From Tubulanus polymorphus (lineage: Eukaryota; Animalia; Nemertea): a stretch of 64,000 nt of DNA. The notes beneath the pieces are model-generated. The model saw only the letters and a list, made by a program, of their open reading frames with translations, was not told where the DNA came from and searched no databases. This document shows, one piece after another, positions 36,301 through 48,485 of this stretch. Made by a program: the position numbers and the translations under genes. Position 1 is the first letter of the stretch. The number at the start of each line of letters is the position of its first letter. The stretch lies in the NCBI RefSeq assembly GCF_964204645.1, contig NC_134035.1, positions 7,968,451 to 8,032,450 of the forward strand, read 5' to 3'.

Positions 36301-39300
36301 AAACCGAAATACTACAAGTACCGTATTTGATGCGGATATACTCGTGAGGGTCGGTCTCCCAGAGTTCGTCGTCCTCGTCGTTGTGACACATTAACGGAAA
36401 CAACACATAACTGGTGATGTTGTGTATCTCCGGAGACAGGAACTTCCACGACCAACTGTGGCCGACCCTGCAAGCGATTACACAATAAACAATATCACCG
36501 CTCGGCTAATCTTTATTACAGGAAATCAAGTTAACATTAGATATCACATTTTCATCATTATTATCCAGTGTTTTCAATAAGAGCCAGGTCCCAGGTCTGT
36601 CTTGTAAAGGACCCGCCTGGTTTTTCAAACCACCTTTTGTTTCAGGGACTGTGACATATAATGGGACCCTCCTGTTTTTAAAAGGGACCTGGCTTGTTAA
36701 TTTCTTACTGAAAACACTGTTATCATAACCAAGTCATCATCTTATATGAATATCCCACCAACTACCAGATACAGCCGACGATATCAACGCCCATAAATTC
36801 TTTTACTAAATGAAACCGCGCTTTCGAAAAAGTCGTACTTACGCCTGACTCAAATAATTCAGCGTTTGTTGAAGTACTCGAGGAGCGATGTACTCGTTAT
36901 TGCGGTATTTGACGAGCAGTTCAAGCAGAACCTTGATGATACCCTGCGAAAACGCCTTCAGATACCATGCGGCGAACGTTTCGTAATCTTTCATCACATT
37001 TCCCGGACTTCCGTACCTTTTAAAACAACAGTTATTCTCTTATTCATCGAAACTTCCAAAAAGCACCAAAACTAAGGAAGGAAGCCAACTTTAAGAATGA
37101 AATCCTTAAAAGCAACTTTAAAGATATCAAAATCGAGACTATCGTTGTTATCTGTTGTATTTACACAATACATCGACTTTGATTTAATGACCTCCATTGG
37201 AACCTCGTTACGACAAGTTTCACAGGACCAGAAAGGCACGTATTCCTCTTATACCCGATAGTTCGTTTTATCCAGTATGAAATTAATCAAATTGTCTAAT
37301 TTGTGACAAAATTCTATATTTGTTATATCTGAAATTGTTATAAAGACGTTGCACTGTATATACTGTTCGAGATTGCTTATTCGTGATAAGTAATGCGTGT
37401 AAAAAATCCAGGTAGCCGACAATTCTATCTACCTTTCAAACGATCTGACTAGAATGTGTAGGGCCCACTTTTTCACCTTCCACGCAGGTAACTCGGGGCG
37501 ATCGTCCTCATCTACTTGATTTGTTGCCTAAAATAAGAGAGACGGCGATTAAGATAAATTACTACTGTGCAGCATATGCTTTGAATAGACCAAAATTCAC
37601 TAGAAGCAGAGATGGGAACTAAGTGGCAGGGTTCAAAAACTATTATGACCCAATCTCATTAATTGTTCATTTTGGTATATGGACGAATTCTGCTCTAATA
37701 AATGTAATTGATTGAGATTTTATCTAAATCTTATTCAGCGTGTCCCTAACAAACACATCATACATGTCGAGGATGCGAGGTGGGAGTGGTTTGAAAGCAA
37801 AATCGGAGTACGTAATTCCATTACAGCCTGAACTGACGAGCAAATCCAGCGACGTTTTAGCAAGTTCCAATGACTAACAATTTCAATTAATGTTCATACT
37901 GCTTGCCAAACACGCCATTCAATGGGGTACAAGAAGAAATGTAAATGTGGCAATTGAGGTCATCGGTACTTGGTTATCATTGCATGCATATATAAGATCT
38001 ACAAACTTCCGCGTTGATTCACGTTAATTCGAGACAATTCGACACAGTTCATGAATCGAGACCTACTTACTTCAGGGACATTACGCTCGACGATACGACG
38101 AACCAGTTCCATCCAAGCCGTGAACATCTTCTCATCGATAAGATCCGTCGGTAAGAAATACTGCAAAACCACAAAACAACAACTATTTCTTCGTCCATAA
38201 CCACAAATTTGTAATTCCACACATATTCAAATGAAGGCATTATTTTTTTCTATGACACTGATTAAATTTGAGTCGGAAGTTACATAAGAAATTGTGTTAA
38301 TAGAATCCCAGGCTCAGATCCACCTAACCACCATGACTATTTGTAGTAGTTTTCACCATCAAAAATGAAAGTATTTTGACATAAAAAATACTGGTTTGAT
38401 TGAAAATGATACTTTCAGCAGATGGCTCTCAAGAAGAGTAGAAATAGTCAGGTTAAGCCGTAGTCAGGTCACCAGTATATGTCTAGTAAGATGCCATTGC
38501 ATCGACGTTCGGTATCGAGTGTTCTTTCAATGTGGGTCGGTTGTTGCGTTGTATCGAAGCTCATTATCGAGTCCCACAACGGGACCTCAGCCAAACCGAA
38601 CGTAACATCCTTTATATTTTACATATAGAATTTACCTGAATCAAAGCGTGGAAAATTTTCAGAATTTCTTTTTGGATGAGAACGGCGTTATCGTCTTCTT
38701 CCAACATCGACGAACAGCATCGCTCGTGAATCATCGGCAATAGAATACGCATAGCGATATTCAACGGTTCGCGTTCATCTTGTTTTTTGTACCTACGGAA
38801 ACCAAACGCATATTCCATCATTAAAAGTAGAGACAATTCATCCATGATATATTATCATTGAAATGACTCGTCGGTAATAACTAGTAACTTATATCTTCAC
38901 CGACTTACTCAAAGTTCTTGACAAGCTGATACAAGCACATCAACGCGCCGAGCCACATGGATGAATCCTGACGGAGATAATGGGTGACTTTATCGACGAT
39001 ACCGGGCCATCGTCCCGGGTAGTCGTGTTTCACCATAACCGCAACGCACACCGTTAGCTGTACCCTAGAAATAAGATGATTACATACCAGGTCAAATACA
39101 TAGGACAATAGCCGCAGGGCAGGGTCTTGCGATCGACATAAAATCTTCTAAATTTAGTGCCCCTTTTGTGTCAGGACCCTCTGACTGAAGTACTCCAAAA
39201 TCCTGATACGCCAGTTCCCATTGCGTTTTGATTATTATGTTGTATATTAGGGCCAATGGCTAAAAGACAACATTTTTTGAATTTCGACCCCGTCCCTTGG

Positions 39301-42300
39301 TTATGAGGTCACCTTCAAGGTCATGTCGCTGAAAAACAGTTTTCAGTGCCTAGTTTCACCGCTAGTTGACGTTGACATTGTACCCAAATAAGGGTCTTGT
39401 AACGGAAGCTCAAGAATCAAAAATGCCGTGAGTGGTACCCGGTTAGTTGAGGGATGGTATGAATCGTGAACTCACCGTACAGGAGTTGGAGCTTGTATAA
39501 CGGCTTCGACAATGTGTTCTCTGATATATTGTCGATCCTGCTCGTGAATGCTGAATGGAATCGGATCCGTCGGATTCTCAACTTCGCGTTCTAACCAAAA
39601 CTGATTAACCATATTCTTCAGGTAGACGACGCCTTTAACGAACGAGAAATAAAGTCTTGACAGTAGAACTGTCTTAATTCTGAATCGGGACTAGGGACCG
39701 CGCCAAGATTTCTTCGAAGTAAGTTGAATTAGATTACGGATAATGGTTTACAAGGTTCCAGGTAAATATATAGACCGAATATTTCATCCGAACGAAGCAA
39801 AATCCGGGTTGAAAAATCCACATTAAGCTGGTTCTGCTGAATAACGAAACTAGGGGTCCAGGGACACCATGCCCACTTGGGAAGTGGTTCCAAATGCTCA
39901 ACAATCTAACAATTTCAATATTCAACGCCCCCTGGTGACCATGACAGGGCCAGTTTTTGGGCTGAAGATGTGTCTAGGGTAGATACATGTGTAACCCAAA
40001 TATCAAGACATTACATCGAAGCGTCTTCAAAACTTCCCAAAATAACTGGATTCCGTCTACGGACGGACGGACGAAAAGTGAATGCAATAGCCCGCTGGGA
40101 CTTGAGTCCCTAGTGGGCTTAAAAGAGGACTCAGTGTTCCACTGTGTCGAGCGAGGCCGGATCAACAGAGGGAACAAAGACACTGAAATAATAATCGGAA
40201 TTTATCAAAATCTATCCACAACTCAAAACCTGATTGATTATGTATGATCATTGAAGAGTGTTTTTCAGACACGATTAACCTATTTTTTGATGTGAAAGAC
40301 TTCAAAATCTTGAGTGTTAATTGAAAATGAACCACATTGTGATCAAGTGATCTTAAGAACAGAAATCAAATTGATTTCTGTTTATTTCTATATATTTATC
40401 TTAAACTTACTAAATATTTATTCTTAAACGCCTAATTCTGCTATCTTTTACTTGTATCTATATCTACTTTTTATATGCTAGTTCTGTATTTTTTTTTTGA
40501 ATATTATTTGTAAGCCAAAGAGCTTATTCTAATATGGATTTGGAAATAAATTATTATTATTATTATCGACAATCTTTATTGATGTTGGCTGGAAGCTGAC
40601 GGGAAAACTTTCGAAACCTACTTGGAAAATACAAACGATAAATCGAGTCTTACCGGCTTGTCTTATGGCCATTTCATGTTCCGTCATCACAACTTGCAAC
40701 AAGATCGGGGCAAATCCGGAGATTTTGTGCATCTGAAGCATGAAACAAAATACGCTTATGTAATTTATGGAAGGTATAGAATTGGCATTTGGGAATGGCG
40801 CATTGAACCGAAATGGATACGGGTACGTCAACCGCCTCATATCTCCCATTAAATATACTAGATGGGGGTAGGTTTAGGTGTTGGTAAAGGTTTATTATCG
40901 ATTAACGGCTCCTACTAGAAGCCGACCAGCGCCGACTTGCGCCGTCCAACGCCTACCAGATATGAGAAGCTTACTAAAACGGATAAGAAATTCTTAAATT
41001 TAAAGTAATAACTTTTATTTTTCATCTATTTAAACACGATTGACAGTTTTAATCGTTAGAACTTTAGTGCCATCAAAAACGAGTACCGTAGAGCTACACC
41101 TTTGCAAACGTTTTTCATTGAATTATCAATTACAAATATATACTAATATACAAATTTACAAGTTAACGATTACATTAAAGGCCGATTTCACAATATTTCT
41201 CAGATCTGAAATTTACAACGGTTGATAGTTTGAACTTTGTCATCAAAAACATATACGGTACGTAGAGATACAATACATTTGCAAAGAAACACTTGAACAT
41301 TTTTCAGTGAATTAATTAATTACAAAAATATATACAAATTTACAAGTTTACAAATTACATTAGGACTATTTCACTATTTCTCAGATCCGAAATTTACAAC
41401 GAAATTATATCAACATTAACATGTACATCACTGATATATTTCTATTAACCTCAATTTCCGACTTTTTGAATTTTTCGATTCGCTGTTCTTTCACTTTTTA
41501 CGCGCTTCTTCTGACCTGGTTTTTTGGCAATATTTCCAGTTTTAGGAATAGTGAGCAGACCATCTGTTGACGTCATTGTATTCATTGGTTTTGATGGCCT
41601 TATCGTGGCTTTCATGAACTTCTCAAATAGTTGGTGCTGATTCCATTATGTCTGCTTTTATTTCAATCATTTTTTTGTTGTTCGTAGTTGAATTCGTCAT
41701 GCTGATGCAGCGTTTCACTTTTACCAAATATTGCATCTCATCTTTAACTTTATCGTTGACACCAGTTTTTTGCAACAAATGTCTTTTTAAATTCTCGATA
41801 AGGTGCCGGTAACATAACATTTGATTAGCGGAGGGTAATGCCTCTTTCACCGCCTTAAGTAGCGCTTTTTCTTCATCCGAACCGAAAGTCAGAGATTCAC
41901 TGTAGGCGATTTCAGTTGTTGTTATTTCCGAGTCAAGCTTCCCTTTGATGTGTGGTTTCCCCGTCCCAATGTAGAAACAGAGGGCCGATAAATATTTATT
42001 GAGTGTTCCTGATTTTCCCGGCGAAGTGTGTATTCTTTAACACGGTAATTGTCAAAAAACACGTGCCAACGTTGAATGTCCTGTCAACACCAAGGATAAA
42101 ACCTGACTGTATACAGAATGTACGATTGTCTTTAATTTGTTGTTCTGTATATAAAATAGCCACTGGTGGATTTCCTTTCAACGCGAACACTTCTCGTACA
42201 AACTCGTTTTCATGAAGCACGTTAAACAATTTTTGAATGTCATCGGCGACATCTTTTCTATGTCCGGCATTATTTTTCGCGACTATTAACATTTTGAACC

Positions 42301-43307
42301 TGCTTCAGGTTTCTCGGAAAATGCAACGAACTGTTCAAACATAGTTCATTATGTACATCACACGGTGGCTGAGTAACGCACTTTTCAGATCTTTTTTCCA
42401 TCACAGAGTCAGTTGTCCTTACATAATCAATCCCCGCCCCCTTTTTTGTATTTCCGTGCGTTTCACCGAACAGAGGTGCTTAAAAAATGTATTAGGCAAA
42501 TATCATTCGAGTTGTACAACTTTCCGAAAGGCTAAGATCAGTTAAAGTTCAATTGATTTTTCTCAAAACCTCTGTCAAGCCAAGGCAATCACACTTCTAA
42601 GAAAAGTATCAATTTTTGAATTGATGTAGAAAAACTATAATGTGTAGTTTGATTGACAGCTCACAAGCGCTCGGAAGTTGCCCCGCATGCGCAGTGGTTT
42701 CCGCCGCATCAATACGGTCACAGGCAAAAGCGAAGCCATTTCATCCCTTGTTATTTTAATATAGTAAGGTGTCGCGCCCGCTGATACTGATCCTTAACAG
42801 CCAATTGTTTATCGGAACTCTATTGTAGTGGATAAATAAACAACATCAACACAAAGTATTTCTGTGATATTCTGAATTTATTTGCAGTTTAAATTTAGCG
42901 CCATTCTCGCGAGATTATCAACAACCCGGAAGTAAAATCCAAGCCAGTTTACAAGCCCCTGTGAACAAAACCTGCCGTCATCCTCGCTCGGAGGTGTTGC
43001 AGAAACCGAGCACGTTTAACCCTGGTAATATTGACAAATGACATTTCTTCCATTGACATCATTCCCTAATAATTCAGTTCGACCCATGACTCTTATATTT
43101 CACCGTATTTCAAAGCCAAGATAAAAACAAACTGTCTCAAAAGAAGTGCAATACAAAAGGCGGCCATTTTGGATTCCCCGGTTTTGAATCATCAAAAAAT
43201 CATGTAGTAGAAAAAAAGTTCACCTCATTCAGTCTCTGCTCGGCTTCAGCTTGATGGTTTGGATCGAGCGTGTGCCTCAGCACGTTAACCAACACGTTAA
43301 GATCCAT
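27351..43307 (-). CDS. IPO7: Importin-7 (IPO7/IPO8 family, Moleskin-like), 1029 aa, complete
   Basis: 24 frame-consistent exons (3090 nt): 43224-43307, 40654-40732, 39476-39632, 38909-39064, 38636-38792, 38071-38160, 37433-37527, 36843-37016, 36322-36467, 35948-36141, 35539-35628, 34878-35043, 33898-33939, 33380-33498, 33148-33270, 33002-33068, 32392-32517, 31872-31966, 31092-31408, 30379-30521, 29654-29790, 29013-29148, 27966-28082, 27351-27430. Peptides [80 protein letters not shown], acidic loop, C-terminal PSNFNFGG. Confidence 0.97.
28611..28975. mobile_element. hAT-like MITE, CAGGGATGA TIRs, 6-bp TSD (TCTCTT)
   Basis: tctctt|cagggatgaaaa ... ttttcatccctg|tctctt. Confidence 0.8.
29132..29602. 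repeat. 3 x 157-bp tandem repeat spanning the IPO7 intron 21/exon 22 junction
   Basis: Units start 29132, 29289, 29446; a few substitutions between copies. Confidence 0.95.
29901..30266. mobile_element. Nested MITEs: CAGGCGCGGATCC element (30068-30257, 5-bp TSD GGGAC) inserted in the right TIR of an AGGGTCCCTACA element
   Basis: tagggtccctaca ... tgtagggac|caggcgcggatcc...gatccatgcctg|gggaccctg; host body shares blocks with 27490-27720 and 31455-31640. Confidence 0.75.
34060..34798. mobile_element. hAT-like non-autonomous element, CAGGGATGAGAA TIRs, 6-bp TSD (CAGTCA)
   Basis: cagtca|cagggatgagaa ... ttctcatccctg|cagtca; subterminal ATCCGCGGG repeats. Confidence 0.82.
35744..35921. mobile_element. 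Inverted repeat with degenerate hammerhead cores (Penelope-like pLTR remnant)
   Basis: ~84-bp arms, 10-nt spacer; plus arm TTGATGA-a-gctact-atatgca-agtagc-GAAA...gtc-aaataaa; minus arm CTGATGA-t-gcttct-atacatt-agtagc-AAAA...gtc. Confidence 0.6.
36566..36719. mobile_element. MITE with CAGTGTTTTCA TIRs, 5-bp TSD (TTATC)
   Basis: ttatc|cagtgttttcaataag ... cttactgaaaacactg|ttatc. Confidence 0.8.
39680..40124 (+). mobile_element. HINE/pearl-like element without internal array
   Basis: gccccctggtg block shared with the 568-1530 unit, (ACGG)n at 40059-40073, terminal hairpin agcccgctgggac-ttga-gtccctagtgggct (40089-40119) then AAAA. Left boundary uncertain. Confidence 0.6.
41470..42500 (-). pseudogene. 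Decayed Mutator-like (MULE) DDE transposase in IPO7 intron 1
   Basis: [10 protein letters not shown] (first D), stop, [12 protein letters not shown], frameshift, [34 protein letters not shown] (second D and CxxH), internal deletion, C-terminal [23 protein letters not shown]. Element ends not resolved. Confidence 0.8.
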
Positions 43308-43749
43308 TTTGGTTTGCTTCCTAGGTGTTTATTCGCACAGGAATCTGTTTAATCGGCGATGATTTACATCACACACGTGCGATACTAAGTGAAACAGCTC
43401 ACGTCACGGCTTTTAACAGTGTGGAGCCGATTGACGTGCCACAGCTGGAATCGGACGCGGAACCGGACTGGCACACGGCTTTTGGCCATGGCGTAGGCGG
43501 CTCTCAGAGTTGCTCAAAAGTTTGTTAGAGTTAACCAATAGTTGAGTTAGTGACAATTAAAAGTTAATTTTTACTATGTTATTCATCTGCCGATTATCTT
43601 TCACCAACTTTTGAGCGAGCTGGCCCTATTCTATCATGAGGGTACAAGTCGCTGTGCGGCAACGAACCACGCCGGTGTTTTTTCGAGTGTCCACCACAAT
43701 AGTTGCCACAAATGTATGTTTTGTCAGTCATTTCACGTAACGTATAATC

Positions 43750-43930
43750 AGAGTTAATTCTTATAGGAATACAGCTTCGGGTGCGTACTCCAATGTCTGT
43801 CAAGCCTGACCTTAACTCCGGATCCACCCGCCGATGGTGCACTAAGCGGCAACAAATGGTAGCGAGTTCCAAATCTGGACCGTTCGGATGCTGAAAAATA
43901 TTTCCTACAGTTTAATCTTTCCCTTGACAG
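43750..43930 (-). mobile_element. CR1-type LINE 3' end fragment
   Basis: Frameshifted RLNCRKYF(F)SIRTVQIWNSLP...APS...RLDRHWSTHPKLY matches the RLNxRKxFFSxRVVxxWNSLP..APSxxxFKxRLDxHW terminus of CR1 ORF2. Confidence 0.75.
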
Positions 43931-46047
43931 AAACAATATCATATTTCATTAAGACAAGTTTATATTTTCTCAGTTAAGATTGTTAGTTCTTTATTTCATA
44001 GTCTCCCTCCATGGACCACATGGTTGAGTGAAATAAAATCCTATCAATCCTAGCAACCGGTTGTTTGCTGATGCACACTACGCGCTGGGGTTTGGATTAG
44101 TCTCGACTGGCACTTTGTTTTCCAGAACCCCCGGGTGCATCAAAATCAGCCCTCTACTGCATGACTAGATGAGGACGAACACTTCACAAAATTTATTTTC
44201 TACGAGGGAAAATGGCAAAAGACAAATTCACTTAGTCCCAGGACGAGATGACTGCATTCGGTCCACATTTTGTGAGACAGAACTTCTAATGATTCTATTA
44301 AGTGGAAAGACATTATATCAAGAAAATTATTGATCCGTAAGAAAATCAAGCGCACTCCCAAAAAACAAGTAAACTCGCTAATAATTACAATTTTCCCATA
44401 GCCCCTCGCCGTCATTCTTCACTTGTATGTGAATTGCCTGATTCCATGATTTGTGCTTATTGTCGGTGTAATTAGTGTGTGTGTGAAAGGTAACCGGGAA
44501 TTAATCCTGGTGGAAGCTTTACTGTCGCAGGCGACTCTGGAGCAATTAAATGATCCCTCTGCGACAACAGTGGAACCTGAATTTGCAGCACGATAGTACA
44601 GTATAGTGCTGACCGACGTGTTAAGTCATTGCGACTCGGCTTTTTCCTTTCATTAGCAGAGAGTCTCGACTCGGTAAAGTCGTTTTGTTTGATACTAAAT
44701 CCGATAGTACACCTAGTCAGAAACGGGAGCCGCTGCCTGTTGAGGAGCGTATCGAATATTGAACGCGAAGGAAAGAAGCGCCGAGGAAGGTAGGCGAACT
44801 CTATCAGAAATCACTATAGTAACCGTTTTAAAGCAATTCCACATACGTTACTTTCAGAACGAATAGTGGAAATTAAGCCTATGCTGGATATTTATGGCGT
44901 TTTTATATACACGGCTAGCAAATTTTTCTAAATCAAAATCGATCATTTTATAGCATATATGAACGCTAACAGTCGTGAATAGCTTTCTGTGAAGGTCAGG
45001 TATAATCGATATCGTTCCTCCGACGATAATACACGGATAAGAGCCAGAAAATCGCGCAGTCAGTTTTACGCAGCGTTTCAGAGTAACGCTCACAACGCCA
45101 TGACATCTGGACATGTCAGTGTATTGATAGTCAAGCCATTGCTTTAGATGTGTATTACGGTATATTATATCTATATTCGATTCGAACGGCAGATGAGAAA
45201 ATTGTTTCTGCTTTTAACTGAATATTACACTGAGAATATCCAAATGTGAGATAAACCGGTAGGCTATCCTCTTCGTAAAAAGTTAAAATGGAAAATAGTG
45301 CGAAGCCAACCGATTTTCATGAAAGTGGAACTTTTTTCTTGAAATTTGAACTTTTTGTAAGGTACCCCACGCAAGTGTTGGGTCCTGGGAGTACTCCCGC
45401 TGGTAATTTATGCAAATGAGATACGAATAGAGAAGCAACTTCTAGAATAATTGGAGTGAAAATCCTGCTTATTTGTTTCCTACAATTTTGTCTCAAATCA
45501 AGTAGGTTTGGAAGCATGTGCATATTCTAAACGAAAACGAATGACAAAGTGTTACCAATGAGTGAATCTTTTGAAATCCATGGTCAAATTGTCTTAAGAC
45601 TGGCATCTTAGCAGAACATCGTCAATGGGCGTTCGAACCCCGTCTAAATGCGGGCATGTAACATCTTTCGGATCCCCAACCTTATAACACAACCACACCT
45701 TTTCCAACCCAACCTTCGAGGATTTGAACCTGGGACATCCAACATTCAACGGTGCTAGACTACCAGTACGGTAACAGTTGTTGAGATGGTAACCGATCAC
45801 ATTCTTTGAGGGTGTGTTCCATATATAATCTGCTTTCACAATCTCCGATTAATATATACAAGGGGACTTCTCCCAATAAAAAGCACACAAATTTGGCAAA
45901 GATAAAGCATAAATAGATTCGAGATAAGAATCTATATAGCACGTACGTATAAGAAGTTTTAAAAGTATTGGAATTTTCGATCTTCCAGTTTTAGAAAATG
46001 CTACAAATGTGTTTTTTTCAATTCTATTACAGGTATATATATGACAA

Positions 46048-46998
46048 ATGCCCAGACGGAGTTTAGTTCGTAGAGTACAAGAAACATCAGGATGTCTGGG
46101 TCGGGTTCCAGGATCGGCGCATCTCACCGCGTCGATCCTGCTCGTATTAACGATGGCGTTACAACTACTTCACTCGAATCGAGGCTGCTACCCGGACCAC
46201 GCGGCTACCGAAACTTTCATCGTCGAAACACTAGGCGTCGTCAGCAACGGCCAATTAGCTTTTAAAGGCCGCAGATGGATGTTAAAATCGAATGGTTGCT
46301 CGAATTACGGCGCGGCGTTATTCACGCTGTTGTTTGTCAGTTTCCTAGCGTTAACGGTAGCGATATTCATGGATTATGTATTAATCGACGTAGTAGTCAA
46401 TTTCACCAGTCTTCCCCCGGAATCGTGTCGTCTGTCGTACGGTAACTCGACGTGCGAGTTACGCAACGTCCAGGGCGTCTTTTCGCGCGTGGTTCTGGCC
46501 GGGGCGACCACCGTTTTGACTATACCGGCCACGCTCTATAGACTTTACGGAATGCTGTTTGTTTATGAATCTTCGAGGAGCATCGTCGCGGATGTCGCCG
46601 CCTTATCGTCGCATTATGACGAGAACTGCGATAGCCAAGACTTACTGCCTAAAGATGGCGAGACGCGGCAGCTAGCCCCGAATGAATCGGCGGCTAGATC
46701 GATTACTGCCAAAGTAGAAATGAACGTTTCAACTTCCCATCGAAAACAAGGCTTCCCCGCCGGTGAGGCTATCGAAATGTCCGACAATTCTCACTCTTTG
46801 GTGTCTACTGCTAAACCTCAGAAGGGAATGCGTCGCTATAGTTCGGATAGTCGGGTCGATAGTAAATCAAATTCCTGGGTAAAACAAATGTGGATGAGTT
46901 GTGTGTCCCTGAATCAGCTCCGCCACGTGACCGACCAACGATCGTCGTCGACTGACAGGAAATCATTGAGTTGCGATTTTCTGCAAACTATGACATAA
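46048..46998 (+). CDS. Uncharacterised predicted 3-TM membrane protein, 316 aa, single coding exon
   Basis: Longest ORF in the window, GC-richer than flanks; strong acceptor ttttttcaattctattacAG ending 46032; in-frame TGA at 46042-46044 fixes the ATG. Hydrophobic segments at about aa 26-41, 88-113 and 143-172; loop 2 has NFT and NST sequons and a Cys pair; Ser/Arg-rich tail. Family not recognised. Confidence 0.75.
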   Translation: MPRRSLVRRVQETSGCLGRVPGSAHLTASILLVLTMALQLLHSNRGCYPDHAATETFIVETLGVVSNGQLAFKGRRWMLKSNGCSNYGAALFTLLFVSFLALTVAIFMDYVLIDVVVNFTSLPPESCRLSYGNSTCELRNVQGVFSRVVLAGATTVLTIPATLYRLYGMLFVYESSRSIVADVAALSSHYDENCDSQDLLPKDGETRQLAPNESAARSITAKVEMNVSTSHRKQGFPAGEAIEMSDNSHSLVSTAKPQKGMRRYSSDSRVDSKSNSWVKQMWMSCVSLNQLRHVTDQRSSSTDRKSLSCDFLQTMT

Positions 46999-47094
46999 AG
47001 GTGCTTCCGCGACTTACGTAGTGCAGGGTGGGGTTACTCTATCCAGACCAAGTTAAAAATGGGTAAAGATTAAAAGTTGATTGGTATCGTAGAA

Positions 47095-47440
47095 AGCGGG
47101 CTTTCAATCAAGACATGGGCCCGCGCGATCGTGTTTTGGTCCGTGCCAAATTACCCCGGAACGTCTTTTCACACTGGTGCCAAATGGGCCCAGATTATTG
47201 CGTGCGAATTGCGAATGGTTCCGGGAGTGACTCGCTGTTCGCGTGAGTGCCAAATGGGCCAACTCGACCAACAATGTCGGACCAGGCGAATTTTAGCACG
47301 GGTCAAATTATTGCATTTGAATTTCAACTGGTCCCGGAAGTGACTCGCTTTGTGTAAGCATTAAGTATCGAGTGAGTGGTTTACGTGTGAACGCGCTTGA
47401 CTCGGGCCTGATCCGTGCTGCCAATTTGGCCTGGGCCACA
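47095..47440 (+). repeat. GC-rich dispersed repeat/MITE downstream of the 316-aa ORF
   Basis: Repeated GTGCCAAAT/GGGCCC/TTCACAC motifs; homologous to 10850-11055. Confidence 0.6.
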
Positions 47441-48254
47441 AAATTGTCTCCGTTCGATCTATTCTGTCCTGTAATCAATGTCAGTATTCAGAGTTATGTA
47501 TTTATTGGTAATGAACTATAACTGTTGTGATATAAATATTCGTCCATAGGTAAGTGTCCTGGAGACTGGTGAAGAATTTCTGAATATTCTGCGAGTTTGA
47601 TTTTCTCGTACTAATCTCGAGGAGTTTCCTGTGATTCTTCATAAGAAATAAACCGCAAAAAATTCAGAAAAAAAATCTTTTCTGATATCTCCAAGACGCT
47701 TATCTACGTCCAAGATATTAAAGCGATTTGTTGTTTTATTATTCTTATAGAGCTTTTAGAATAATCGTCATCATTTCGATATACTTCCCGAATCAAGCCA
47801 ATAGAATCCGAGTGAAAGTCAGCATTCATAATATTGATACTTCAGCATCCCTTTATCTTTTTACGCAGCTTACAAAATATTTCTTTCTCCTCCACCAGAG
47901 AGCTTGTTCAAAATTCTTCATAGCTCTGTTAAAGCTCTACGAAAGCTCTTCAACCAACTCTACCAAGCTCTGCCAAGCTTTCAAAATTCGGACGTATTCA
48001 TATCAATTCATTATCCGGGTTCCCGGTCCGGGTTGAGGATGATATTTAGATTTTGACCTTATTTGGTCATTTCAACTAAGCTCGGATTATTCATATCTGC
48101 ATATATTCTAGTCTGGTGTTGCCAGCTGAATGAGTCATTACTGTGGAATTTTATAAACGATTGGATTTATAAACATGAAATTATTTCAACACAACCAGGA
48201 TGATGTCTATATGTAATGTGACGATGACCGAATTGTTACAATCGCCATCTACAC

Positions 48255-48485
48255 GATCATCATCATCTGAACAATCACCTTCTCCAGCATCACTACCATC
48301 TCCAGCATCACCATTACCACCATCCCAACCATAACTTTCATCGCCACCATATGCAGCACCAGCATCACCATCTCCACCATCGCGCTTTCACCCATTGAAC
48401 CAGTCATAGTCATCCAGTCACTGTTATCCCTTCATCCAGTTGACCAGTCATCCAGTCATTCGGTTATCCAGCCAACCAGTCAGCT
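48255..48485. repeat. Degenerate (CAT/CAC)n and (CCAGTCAT)n simple repeats
   Basis: Direct reading; an (AAT)n tract follows at 48705-48760. Confidence 0.8.

Noticed and set aside
27351-43307. U12 intron in IPO7
   Set aside because: All 23 donors read as ordinary U2-type GT sites; none is RTATCCTT.
43374-43379. CACGTG E-box upstream of IPO7 as a MYC site
   Set aside because: A single hexamer is expected by chance; no supporting evidence in the sequence.
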